Below are positions 8,923-17,887 of a stretch of DNA of 54,084 nt, piece by piece. The translations under genes and the position numbers were made by a program. The first letter of the stretch is position 1; each line of letters starts with the position of its first letter. The notes beneath the pieces were generated by a model that saw nothing but the letters and a program-made list of their open reading frames with translations, made no database searches and was not told the origin of the DNA. The DNA comes from Actinomycetota bacterium (GTDB lineage: Bacteria; Actinomycetota; Thermoleophilia; RBG-16-64-13). The stretch lies in the NCBI GenBank assembly GCA_018830645.1, contig JAHJSA010000037.1, positions 1 to 54,084 on the forward strand, written 5' to 3'.

Positions 8923-10206
8923 GTGAACGAAGACGGCACGCGCGTGGTCGGTGTGGTCCTACTGGGCTTCGGCACCATCGGATCCAGCGTGTATCGCATG
9001 ATCGAGAAGGAGTGGGAATCGATCTTGGAGTCGACGGGTGTCGAGCTCCGGGTGGTCCACATCCTCGACAACGACCCGGCGAAGGTGGGCGTTGGAGCGC
9101 CGGCGCACCTGTTCAGCAGCGACCCGCATGCGGTGCTCTCCGATCCTGCCGTGGATGTCGTGGTCGAGCTCATCGGCGGGGTCGAAACCGCTTTCGAGTT
9201 CATCGACCTGGCCTTCCGCAACGGGAAGGACGTGGTCACGGCCAACAAGCAGCTGGTTGCCAACAGGGGCGCCGCGCTGTTCGATCTGGCCCGCGACCTG
9301 GGCCGGCAACTGCGGTTCGAGGCGTCGGTCGCCGGGGCCGTCCCCGTGATCCGCGTGATGCGGGAAGGGATGTTCGCGGCCGGGCTCGACACGGTGTACG
9401 GCATCGTCAACGGCACCACGAACTACATTCTCACCGCGATGTACGAGGGCGCCGGCGGCTATTCCGACACGTTGGCGCGGGCCCAGGAGCTCGGGTACGC
9501 GGAGGCCGACCCCACAGCCGACGTGGGCGGCGGCGACGCCGCGGCCAAGATGGCTATCCTGGCTTCCATCGCGTATCGGTCTCGCGTCACGATGGCGGAC
9601 GTCACCTACGAGGGCATCGAGGCGGTGTCGCTGGAGGACGTGCAGTACGCGAAGGACTTCGGGTTCGTGGTGAAGCTCGTGGGTGCGGCGCGCCTGATCG
9701 ATGGAAGGGTGAGCGTGCGCGTGCATCCGGCGCTCGTGCCAAGGGAGCACCTCCTTGCTTCGATCAACGGTTCGATCAACGCGGTCTACCTGCAAGGAGA
9801 CGCGATCGGCGAGATCATGCTGACGGGGCCCGGGGCGGGGGGAGACCCCACGGCGACCGCGGTGGTGGCCGATATCGTGACCATCGCCGGTACGGAACGG
9901 GCCGGCTTCCTACAGAACTGCAGCTGCTACCGGAACCTCGAGTTCCTGCCCGAGAACCTGGCGGAGTCGGCCTTCTTCATCCGTATGCAGGTGGAGGATC
10001 GCGCGGGGGTGCTCGCCCAGATCTCCTCGATCTTCGGAGAGCACGGGGTGTCCATCGAGAGCATGATCCAGAAGGGGCACAGCGACGAGGCCGAACTGGT
10101 GTTGATCACCTACCCGTCTGTGGAGGAGTCCTTCTTCCGCGCGATAGACGGGATCGCAGGCCTCAGTTGTGTGAGGAGCCGGCCGATGACGATCCGGGTG
10201 CTGTAG
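8923..10206 (+). CDS. hom: Homoserine dehydrogenase (with C-terminal ACT domain)
   Basis: The Rossmann N-terminus VGVVLLGFGTIGSSV, the catalytic domain and a C-terminal ACT-like region. The start was chosen at GTG 8923 just after the lysA stop; the ORF-track start at 8776 overlaps lysA. Confidence 0.9.
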   Translation: MNEDGTRVVGVVLLGFGTIGSSVYRMIEKEWESILESTGVELRVVHILDNDPAKVGVGAPAHLFSSDPHAVLSDPAVDVVVELIGGVETAFEFIDLAFRNGKDVVTANKQLVANRGAALFDLARDLGRQLRFEASVAGAVPVIRVMREGMFAAGLDTVYGIVNGTTNYILTAMYEGAGGYSDTLARAQELGYAEADPTADVGGGDAAAKMAILASIAYRSRVTMADVTYEGIEAVSLEDVQYAKDFGFVVKLVGAARLIDGRVSVRVHPALVPREHLLASINGSINAVYLQGDAIGEIMLTGPGAGGDPTATAVVADIVTIAGTERAGFLQNCSCYRNLEFLPENLAESAFFIRMQVEDRAGVLAQISSIFGEHGVSIESMIQKGHSDEAELVLITYPSVEESFFRAIDGIAGLSCVRSRPMTIRVL

Positions 10207-10255
10207 CCTCGGGCGAGCGCGCCGCGACCGGGGTGCGGCGGCAGTGAGGTGACTG

Positions 10256-11200
10256 ATGTCCAGAGGGTGGAAGATCTTCTTGTGGATCGCCGGCGTCTTC
10301 GTGCTGGGTTACGTGGTCTTGCTGGTCGCGTTGCTCGCATCTGCCGGCGACGGCGTCGCTTGGGGCTCCGGGTCGGGCACCGTGGGGGTGATCCGGCTGG
10401 ATGGGGTCATCTCTGCGGACAGCGAGCCGACGGCGTTCTCGGCAGGGGGCATCGATCCGGTCTCCACCGTCGAGCTGCTCCGCTCGGCCGACGAAGACCC
10501 CGACATCGACGCGATCGTGCTCCGGATCAACAGCCCCGGAGGCAGCCCGGCCGCTTCGTGGGAGATCTACCAAGCGGTGAGCGAGATGCAGAAGCCCGTG
10601 GTGGTGTCGGTGGCAGACGTCGCCGCCTCAGGTGCGTACTACTTCGCTAGCCCGGCCGATGTGATCATGGCGGCTCCCACGTCGGAGGTGGGCAGCATCG
10701 GCGTCATCCTCATGGCGCAGGACTTGGAAGGTCTGCTGGAGAAGGTGGGCATACGGTACACGGTGCTCACGAGGGGAGAGCACAAGGATATCGGCAGCCC
10801 CGCGCGGGCGATGACCGACGAAGAGAAGCGCATCCTGCAGGAGCAGGTGGACATGATCTACGAGCGATTCATCGCCGATGTCGCCGACGGACGCCCCGAA
10901 CTCGACGCGGACCAGGTGCGGGAGTTGGCCACCGGCTTGACGTATCCGGGAGAGGAGGCGTTGCGCCTCGGCTTGATAGACGAACTCGGCTCCTACTCGG
11001 ATGCGCTCGATGTGGCCGCGGACCTGGCTGGGCTCGATTTGGAAGACTATGGGGTGACGTACCTGCAGCCCGAGTTCGGCGCAGACCTCCTGTCGCTGTT
11101 CCTGGGCGTGAGCAGCGGCGCCCTTCGGCAGATCGGTATCGGTCTGGCGCAGGGATTGACTGCGCCCGCGCTCGACGGCGCCCGACTCCGCCTTGAATGA
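10256..11200 (+). CDS. sppA: Signal peptide peptidase SppA (36K type, S49 family)
   Basis: An N-terminal TM anchor followed by a ClpP/crotonase-fold S49 domain, with SPGGS (Ser nucleophile context) and DVAASGAYY motifs. Confidence 0.85.
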   Translation: MSRGWKIFLWIAGVFVLGYVVLLVALLASAGDGVAWGSGSGTVGVIRLDGVISADSEPTAFSAGGIDPVSTVELLRSADEDPDIDAIVLRINSPGGSPAASWEIYQAVSEMQKPVVVSVADVAASGAYYFASPADVIMAAPTSEVGSIGVILMAQDLEGLLEKVGIRYTVLTRGEHKDIGSPARAMTDEEKRILQEQVDMIYERFIADVADGRPELDADQVRELATGLTYPGEEALRLGLIDELGSYSDALDVAADLAGLDLEDYGVTYLQPEFGADLLSLFLGVSSGALRQIGIGLAQGLTAPALDGARLRLE

Positions 11201-11228
11201 CCCGCCTGAGGAGGTGAGGGACCCCGTT

Positions 11229-12035
11229 ATGGATTCGAAGACCCGCTCTCTGCGTATCGTGCACTTCTCCGACATCCACTGCGGTTCGCAGTACTTCGTG
11301 CCGAACCTCCTGGAGCGCACCCTCGTGGAGATCAACGACCTCGCGCCGGACATGGTGGTGATCACGGGCGACCTCACGAACATGGGCTACCGGCAGGAGT
11401 TCCGTGAGGCTCAGGAGTACCTCGAGAAGCTGCAGTGCCAAGAGGTGCTGGTTGTGCCGGGCAACCACGACAGTCGCAACGTCGGCTACATGCACTTCGA
11501 ACGTCTCTTCGCTCGGAAGCGGGACTCCCTCATCTCGAAGGGGGGAGTGACCGTACTCGGTATCGACTCCACGGAGCCCGACCTGGACTACGGCCGGGTG
11601 GGCCGCCACCGCTACGCGTGGATCGAGGAGCAGTACGCGGAGCATCCCAACGACTTCAAGATCTTCGCCCTGCATCACCATCTGCTTCCTATCCCAGGCA
11701 CGGGCCGCGAGCGAAACGTGGTGCACGACGCGGGAGACGTGCTCGAGGTGCTCATCTCCCAGGGAGTCAAACTGGTGCTCTCGGGACACAAGCACGTGCC
11801 CTACGCGTGGCGCCTCGAGGACATGTTCGTGGTGAACACGGGTACCGTATCGACCCTGCGACTGCGGGGGAACACGAAGCCCTGCTACAACGTGGTGCAG
11901 ATGGAGGGCGGCCACGTCACCGTGACGCGGCGCTACCCGTTCCACGGTGGAGAGGTGATCGTGGAGTTCGACGAAGAAGACACCACCTACGTGCGCCACG
12001 ATTTCCAGCTCGATCGGGTGGTCTCGGAGTCGTGA
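11229..12035 (+). CDS. Calcineurin-like metallophosphoesterase
   Basis: Motifs HFSDIHCG, GDLTN, GNHD and GHKH are the classic MPE metal-ligand blocks. It is preceded by a GAGGAGGTGAGGGA Shine-Dalgarno. An alternative TTG start lies at 11193. Confidence 0.8.
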   Translation: MDSKTRSLRIVHFSDIHCGSQYFVPNLLERTLVEINDLAPDMVVITGDLTNMGYRQEFREAQEYLEKLQCQEVLVVPGNHDSRNVGYMHFERLFARKRDSLISKGGVTVLGIDSTEPDLDYGRVGRHRYAWIEEQYAEHPNDFKIFALHHHLLPIPGTGRERNVVHDAGDVLEVLISQGVKLVLSGHKHVPYAWRLEDMFVVNTGTVSTLRLRGNTKPCYNVVQMEGGHVTVTRRYPFHGGEVIVEFDEEDTTYVRHDFQLDRVVSES

Positions 12036-12037
12036 AC

Positions 12038-13465
12038 ATGATTGGGTCGGCGGGCGGCGGCCCACCGCCCGCGGCCGTCGCTCTCATCGACGGCGAGCAC
12101 TATCCCCCTGTGGTGGTCGACGCTCTGCAGGCTCTCGCGCACCGCTTCTCGTTCCTCGCGGCGCTGTTCCTGGGAGGCTTCGAAAAGATCAAGGGGGACG
12201 ATCTTGCCGCCACCGCGGCCCGGATCTACGGCCTTCCCGTGCACTTCCCCGGCCCTTCCGGCGTGGAAGGCGCATTGCGTCAGGTGGTCGATACGTATCG
12301 ACCTTCGGTAATCGTTGACCTCAGCGACGAGCCTGTGGTAGGGTACCGAGAGAGGTTCCGGCTGATCAGCCATGCGCTGGCCCGGGGCGTCGCGTACGAA
12401 GGATCCGACTTCCGTTTCTCACCCCCAAGGCTCGACCGCCTTGCCACGAATCCCTCGCTCTCCATCATCGGGACCGCGAAGCGCGTTGGAAAGACGGCAC
12501 TGAGTGGCTACGTCGCCCGCATCATGGAAGACCACCTGCGGGAGTCCACCGAGCGGTGGGTGAACGAAGGGTCGGGCATCGTGATCGTGGCGATGGGTCG
12601 CGGCGGGCCCGCGGAACCCGAGATCATCGACGGTGGGGCACGGGTGCTCACAGCGAACGATCTCTTGGAGTGGAGTCGTGCCGGGCGCCACGCCGCCTCC
12701 GACCACTTCGAAGACGCGGCTCTGAGCAGGATGACCACGGTGGGCTGTAGGCGATGCGGGGGCGGGATGGCAGGCGAACCCTTCGTCTCCAATGTGGCCG
12801 AGGGGGCGCGTGTGGCCAATGGACTCGGCCCTGCGCTCACCATATTCGAGGGGAGCGGTGCGGCTCTGCCCCCAGTGGCGACCGACGCGCGCATGTTGGT
12901 AGCCGGGGCGCACCAGCCGCTGGAGTACGTGACGGGGTACCTAGGCACGTATCGCGTGCTGGTGAGTGATGCGGTGGTGCTCACCATGGCGGAGGAGCCG
13001 CTGGCGGACGCGGCGCGTGTCGCCCGGCTAGTCGAGGAGGTGCAGGCCATCAAGAAGGACGTACCGGTGATCCCGGTCGTGTTCAGGCCTCGACCGATGG
13101 AGCCCATAGACGGTAGGACGGTCGCTCTCTTCACGACGGCTCCGGCGTCGCAGGAACCTGTGCTGCGGCGGTACCTGGAAGAGCGGTATGGCTGCAAGGT
13201 CTTGGCCTTCTCCGACCGCCTCTCCGATCGAGCGGGGCTGCGGGAAGACTTGGCCCGGCCTGAGGTCGACAAGGCGGAGTTGCTCCTCACAGAGATCAAG
13301 GCGGCTGCCATAGATGTGGTCGCCGAAGAAGCGGACCGGCGAGGGGTGCCCACGATCTTCCTGGATAACATCCCGATCGAGACCGGCGGTGCGCGCGAAG
13401 GTGAACTCGCCGAGACGTGCCGCCACCTCGCGCACACAGCAGCCCGAAGATACGGGAGCGCATGA
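12038..13465 (+). CDS. cpgS: Cyclic 2,3-diphosphoglycerate synthetase-like protein (cDPGS family)
   Basis: About 475 aa with a P-loop GTAKRVGKTA and architecture and length matching archaeal cDPG synthetase. It is immediately followed, with overlap, by a 2-phosphoglycerate kinase homologue, the canonical partner. Confidence 0.75.
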   Translation: MIGSAGGGPPPAAVALIDGEHYPPVVVDALQALAHRFSFLAALFLGGFEKIKGDDLAATAARIYGLPVHFPGPSGVEGALRQVVDTYRPSVIVDLSDEPVVGYRERFRLISHALARGVAYEGSDFRFSPPRLDRLATNPSLSIIGTAKRVGKTALSGYVARIMEDHLRESTERWVNEGSGIVIVAMGRGGPAEPEIIDGGARVLTANDLLEWSRAGRHAASDHFEDAALSRMTTVGCRRCGGGMAGEPFVSNVAEGARVANGLGPALTIFEGSGAALPPVATDARMLVAGAHQPLEYVTGYLGTYRVLVSDAVVLTMAEEPLADAARVARLVEEVQAIKKDVPVIPVVFRPRPMEPIDGRTVALFTTAPASQEPVLRRYLEERYGCKVLAFSDRLSDRAGLREDLARPEVDKAELLLTEIKAAAIDVVAEEADRRGVPTIFLDNIPIETGGAREGELAETCRHLAHTAARRYGSA

Positions 13466-14421
13466 CGCCTCTGGGAACAAGTGAGAACGGTCAGGATGGG
13501 ATCTCCCTGCGCATCGTAAGCGACGAGCACGGAGTGCCCTTCTCGAAAGGTCTCCTCGCACAGTCTCTCACTGCCACCGGTCTCTCGCCGGACAGGGCCT
13601 ATCGCGTCGCGATCGAGGTCGAGAAGCAGGTGCGGCAGACCGACAGCCTCGACATCTCCATCGACGAACTTCACGCCCTCGTGGGACGCGTCCTCGCCAC
13701 CATGGAGGGCCCTGAGGTCGTGGCTCGCTACCGGAAGTGGAACCAGATCGGCATGGCGGAGAAGCCCGTGATCGTACTGATCGGTGGCGCGACCGGAGTG
13801 GGCAAGAGCACGATTGCCAGCCAACTCGCGAACCGGCTGGGCATCGTCCGCTTGATCTCGACCGACTCGATCCGCCAAGTGATGCGCACCTTCTTCTCGC
13901 CGGCGCTGATGCCGGCGATCCACTACTCGTCGTTCAATGCCGGAGCGGCGATCCGGGTGCCGGTCGGCAGGAACCTCGACCCTCATCTGGTAGCGTTCGT
14001 GGAGCAGGTGGAGATGGTCTCGGTGGGAGTGGAGGCGATCATCGAGCGGGCCATCACCGAGGGCACGTCGCTGGTGGTGGAGGGCGTGCATCTTGTGCCG
14101 GGCTTCCTTGATCCCGCGAACTTCATTCAGGCGCTGCACCTCCATCTGACGGTGAGCGTGAGCGATACAGATCTACACATGAGCCACTTCCTGGTGCGCG
14201 AGCGCGAGACCGACGGACGCCGCCCATTCACCAGGTACGTGGAGCACTTCGACGAGATCAGGCGCATCCAGGACTTCATCCTCGAGCGCGCCGCAGCCGA
14301 AGGGACCATCGTGGTGGATAACGTGAACATCGACGACGCGGTGGCTACTGCCGTGGACGCTCTCTACACCATGATCGAAGAGGGCGAGCAGGTCTCGGTC
14401 GCGACGGGTGGTGAGGCATGA
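13462..14421 (+). CDS. 2-phosphoglycerate kinase-like protein (ATP-cone N-terminus plus P-loop kinase)
   Basis: N-terminal ATP-cone-like segment (ISLRIVSDEHGVPFSKGLLAQSL...) then the P-loop GGATGVGKST. It is 319 aa, as for methanogen 2PGK. ATGA overlap with cpgS. Confidence 0.75.
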   Translation: MTPLGTSENGQDGISLRIVSDEHGVPFSKGLLAQSLTATGLSPDRAYRVAIEVEKQVRQTDSLDISIDELHALVGRVLATMEGPEVVARYRKWNQIGMAEKPVIVLIGGATGVGKSTIASQLANRLGIVRLISTDSIRQVMRTFFSPALMPAIHYSSFNAGAAIRVPVGRNLDPHLVAFVEQVEMVSVGVEAIIERAITEGTSLVVEGVHLVPGFLDPANFIQALHLHLTVSVSDTDLHMSHFLVRERETDGRRPFTRYVEHFDEIRRIQDFILERAAAEGTIVVDNVNIDDAVATAVDALYTMIEEGEQVSVATGGEA

Positions 14422-15380
14422 CCTCCGAAGACGGCCGGCGCTGCATGTGCACCGACTTCGTTCGCGCCACCGAGGCGGCGGCGCTGGCGGCTGGCCGTTG
14501 GATGGGACACGGAGATAGCGACGCCGCCGACGCCGACGCCCAAGCGGCCATGGCCGCGGCGCTCGACGTGCTGCCGGTTGAAGGTGTGGTGGTCATCGGT
14601 GAGGGCGATCGCGAACAGGCCCCGCGCCTCTTCGTGGGCGACCGTGTGGGAGCGGGCGGCACGCGGTGCGATATCGCGGTGGATGCCCTGGAGGGTGCCG
14701 GGATCGTGGCGCGCGGCCAGGCGGGGGCCATGAGCGTGGTGGCCGCCGGGCCGCCGGACGGCCTGATGTCGATGCCGAACATGTATCTTCAGAAGCTGGT
14801 AGTGGGGGCGAAGGCGGCCGGCCGGGTGGACATCGACGGCCGCGTGATAGACACTCTGCGGGCCATAGCCGAAGCGTACGAGCGGCCGGTGGCCGAACTC
14901 ACCGTGATCATCTTGGATCGCCCTCGCCACGAAGACCTGATCGCCGAGGTGCGGCGGGCCGGCGCCCGTATCAAGCTCATCCCAGACGGTGACGTCACGG
15001 CCGGCATCGCCGTTGCGGTGCAGGATGCGACCGACCAGCTGTACGTGGGGATCGGCGGGGCGGCCGAAGGTGTCCTCACGGCCGTCGCGATGAGATGCCT
15101 TGGGGGCGAGATCCAGGCGAAGCTCTGGCCGCTGTCCCGGCGAGAGGTGGAATTGGCGCGGCAGCATGGTATCGACGACATCGAGACCACACTGCGCACT
15201 GAGGACATGGTCACGGGAGACGTACTCTTCGCCGCGACGGGAGTGACGGAGGGCGAGTTCCTCAAAGGTGTGGAATACCTGGGCTTCGGCGTTCGCCTGC
15301 ATTCTATGGTCATGTGCAGCCGCTGCCGCGATGTCCGCATGATCCAGACCACTCACCTGCACACGGACGTCACGCGCTAG
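14418..15380 (+). CDS. glpX: Fructose-1,6-bisphosphatase class II
   Basis: Characteristic GlpX blocks (VVIGEGDR, DIAVDALEG, ILDRPRHEDLI, GIGGAAEGVL). ATGA overlap with the upstream gene. Confidence 0.9.
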   Translation: MTSEDGRRCMCTDFVRATEAAALAAGRWMGHGDSDAADADAQAAMAAALDVLPVEGVVVIGEGDREQAPRLFVGDRVGAGGTRCDIAVDALEGAGIVARGQAGAMSVVAAGPPDGLMSMPNMYLQKLVVGAKAAGRVDIDGRVIDTLRAIAEAYERPVAELTVIILDRPRHEDLIAEVRRAGARIKLIPDGDVTAGIAVAVQDATDQLYVGIGGAAEGVLTAVAMRCLGGEIQAKLWPLSRREVELARQHGIDDIETTLRTEDMVTGDVLFAATGVTEGEFLKGVEYLGFGVRLHSMVMCSRCRDVRMIQTTHLHTDVTR

Positions 15381-15413
15381 CTAGAAGGCCCTGCCCATTT
15401 GACGTATGCGAAA

Positions 15414-15430
15414 GGCCGGGCTACCCGGCC
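15414..15430 (+). terminator. GC hairpin (GGCCGGG-cta-CCCGGCC) downstream of glpX; weak terminator candidate
   Basis: Perfect 7-bp stem 34 nt after the glpX stop. The downstream T-tract is poor (gcgatttgg). Confidence 0.35.
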
Positions 15431-15495
15431 GCGATTTGGAGCGTGAAAGCACACATGTCGAGACGATCGGAAGAAAGAATGACACTGGAGGGTGA

Positions 15496-16746
15496 ATGGA
15501 GCTGACAGAACTAGAACCGAGGCTCCTATCCGACCTGCACGTGGTTGCGGGGGAGCTTGGCATCAAGAACTTCAACAAGTACTCGAAGCAAGACCTCATC
15601 TCGAAGATCTTGAGCGAGCAGTCGGTGGATCGCGGGGTGCAGTACCGCACGGGCCTCTTGGACGTGTTGCCGGACGGTTTCGGCTTCCTGCGCACCATGG
15701 GCTACACGCAGTCCGACTCCGACATCTACGTCTCGTTGTCGCAGATCCGGAGATTCAAGCTCCGTCGCGGCGACGAGATCACGGGGCAGGTGCGCACCCC
15801 GAAGGACAGCGAGAAGTACCACGCTCTGCTCAAGATCCAGACGGTGAACGGCCTCGATCCGGAGCAGGCGCGACACAGGCCGAACTTCGACGCGCTCACT
15901 CCTCTCTTCGCAGAGGATCGGTTGCGTCTCGAGACAACACCGAACCGCATCGCGCCTCGGGTCATGGACCTCATCTGTCCTGTGGGCAAAGGCCAGCGGG
16001 GCCTGATCGTGTCCCCGCCGAAGGCGGGCAAGACCACCATCCTCAAGGAGATCGCCAACTCGATAGCCGAGAACAACCCGGAAGTGCACCTGCTCGTACT
16101 GCTCGTCGACGAGCGGCCCGAAGAGGTCACCGACATGGAGCGCTCGGTGAACGGCGAGGTGGTCAGCTCGACGTTCGATCAGCCTGCGGAGAACCACCTG
16201 CAGGTGACCGAACTCGTGCTCGAGCGCGTCAAGAGGTTGGTGGAAGTCGGGCGAGACGTGGTCGTGCTCCTCGATTCCATCACGAGGCTTGCGCGCGCCT
16301 ACAACCTCGCCGCACCCGCCTCCGGCCGTATCCTTTCGGGCGGGGTGGACTCGGCGGCTCTCTATCCACCGAAGAAGTTCTTCGGGGCCGCGCGGAACAT
16401 CGAAGAGGGGGGATCGCTCACGATCCTGGCGACCGCGCTCGTAGAGACCGGATCGCGCATGGACGAGGTGATCTTCGAGGAGTTCAAAGGCACCGGCAAC
16501 TGGGAGGTGCACCTCAACCGTCAGCTGGCCAACAAGCGCATCTTCCCGGCCATCGACATAGATAAGTCGGGCACCCGCCGTGAAGAGCTCCTCATGGATC
16601 CGGCGGAAGCGAAGATGGTCTGGAAACTCCGCTCCGTGCTTCACGCACTCGACCCGAACGCGGCCATAGAGCTGCTCATCGGCAAGATCAAGGACACGAA
16701 GTCGAACCAGGACTTCCTGGAGGCCATGCGCAAGAACTCCCGTTGA
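15496..16746 (+). CDS. rho: Transcription termination factor Rho
   Basis: 416 aa with the N-terminal Rho_N / cold-shock-like domain, Walker [18 protein letters not shown], and Q- and R-loops. Confidence 0.95.
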   Translation: MELTELEPRLLSDLHVVAGELGIKNFNKYSKQDLISKILSEQSVDRGVQYRTGLLDVLPDGFGFLRTMGYTQSDSDIYVSLSQIRRFKLRRGDEITGQVRTPKDSEKYHALLKIQTVNGLDPEQARHRPNFDALTPLFAEDRLRLETTPNRIAPRVMDLICPVGKGQRGLIVSPPKAGKTTILKEIANSIAENNPEVHLLVLLVDERPEEVTDMERSVNGEVVSSTFDQPAENHLQVTELVLERVKRLVEVGRDVVVLLDSITRLARAYNLAAPASGRILSGGVDSAALYPPKKFFGAARNIEEGGSLTILATALVETGSRMDEVIFEEFKGTGNWEVHLNRQLANKRIFPAIDIDKSGTRREELLMDPAEAKMVWKLRSVLHALDPNAAIELLIGKIKDTKSNQDFLEAMRKNSR

Positions 16747-16801
16747 TACGGGAGTCGCTCGAAGACCGCCCGTTGGGCTTCCGATTGGACGGGAGAGGGC
16801 T

Positions 16802-17794
16802 GTGACTGCTCACATCGGGGTTGCCGGCGTCACCGCCGGCCACGCCACCAACCAGGAGGCCGGCACGGGGTGCACCGTGATCCTGGCCCCGCGGGGGGCT
16901 GTCGCCTCTCTTGACGTGCGGGGCGGCGCGCCCGGCACCCGCGAGACCGACATCCTTTCTCCGTTCTCCACCGTGGGCGAGATCCACGCGGTGCTGCTCA
17001 CCGGCGGGAGTGCCTTCGGCCTCGCCGCCGCCGACGGTGTGGTGGCCTTTCTCGAGGAGCGCGGCCACGGGTATCGCACCCCGTTCTCACTGGTTCCTCT
17101 CGTGCCCGCAGCGGTCATCTACGACCTCGGAGTAGGCCACCCCCACGTACGGCCCCGGGCGGAAGACGGCTATCAGGCGGCGGCCGCGGCGACGGCCGTT
17201 ATCGAGGAGGGGTCGGTCGGCGTGGGCACGGGAGCCACCGTGGGCAAGATCCTCGGCGACGGCGGTTGGATGAAGGGTGGCTTTGGGGTGGCGTCGGTGT
17301 GCCTCCCCGCAGGAGTGACTGTGACGGCCTTGACGGTGGTCAACGCGTTCGGCGACGTGCTCGCCGAGGACGGCACGGTGCTGGCCGGCGCCAGGCGTTC
17401 GGCGGCCGGCAGCGAGGCGGGCGGGGGTCCTCGGGCGGTGAGCGCCGACCAGTTCCTCGATACGCACAGCTATCTGCTGCAGCTCGAAGAGCATCCGCGT
17501 TTCGCGACCGCCGTCGAGCACACGACGCTTTCGGTGGTGGTGACCGATGCCAAGCTCGACAAGACCCAGTGTGCGCAGGTGGCCCGCATGGCTCACGACG
17601 GCTTGGCGCGCGCGATCGCCCCGGTGCACACCCCGGTGGACGGCGACGCCGTCTTCGTGTTGTCTGCCGGGACGCACGGCTCGAACGTGTTCCAGCTCGG
17701 AGCCGCGGCCGCCGACGCTGTCGCGGCCAGCATCCGGCGGGCGGTGCGACTCGCGCGTGGCCGCGTGGGCTTGCCCGGACTCGCCGGACCGTGA
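16802..17794 (+). CDS. P1/S58-family peptidase (DmpA / BapA-like aminopeptidase, Ntn-hydrolase)
   Basis: N-terminal GVTAGHATNQEAGTGCTVIL and the self-processing GGS site (LTGGSAFG) are typical of DmpA-family enzymes. Confidence 0.8.
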   Translation: MTAHIGVAGVTAGHATNQEAGTGCTVILAPRGAVASLDVRGGAPGTRETDILSPFSTVGEIHAVLLTGGSAFGLAAADGVVAFLEERGHGYRTPFSLVPLVPAAVIYDLGVGHPHVRPRAEDGYQAAAAATAVIEEGSVGVGTGATVGKILGDGGWMKGGFGVASVCLPAGVTVTALTVVNAFGDVLAEDGTVLAGARRSAAGSEAGGGPRAVSADQFLDTHSYLLQLEEHPRFATAVEHTTLSVVVTDAKLDKTQCAQVARMAHDGLARAIAPVHTPVDGDAVFVLSAGTHGSNVFQLGAAAADAVAASIRRAVRLARGRVGLPGLAGP

Positions 17795-17887
17795 GGGCAC
17801 GCTCCGGGCCACCGCTGGGCGGCGGCGCGCCCGCCGTCTCACCGGTCACAGGATTGACAGAGGAGCTGACCGCGGGGTGGTGACCTG

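Noticed and set aside
12508-14145. 545-aa minus-strand ORF antisense to cpgS and the 2PGK gene
   Set aside because: It is low-complexity S/R/A-rich noise opposite two overlapping, well-motifed genes. The same reasoning removes 15526..16644 (antisense to rho), 27109..28626 (antisense to groEL), 19194..20075 (antisense to hps-rraA) and 39225..40085 (antisense to guaA).
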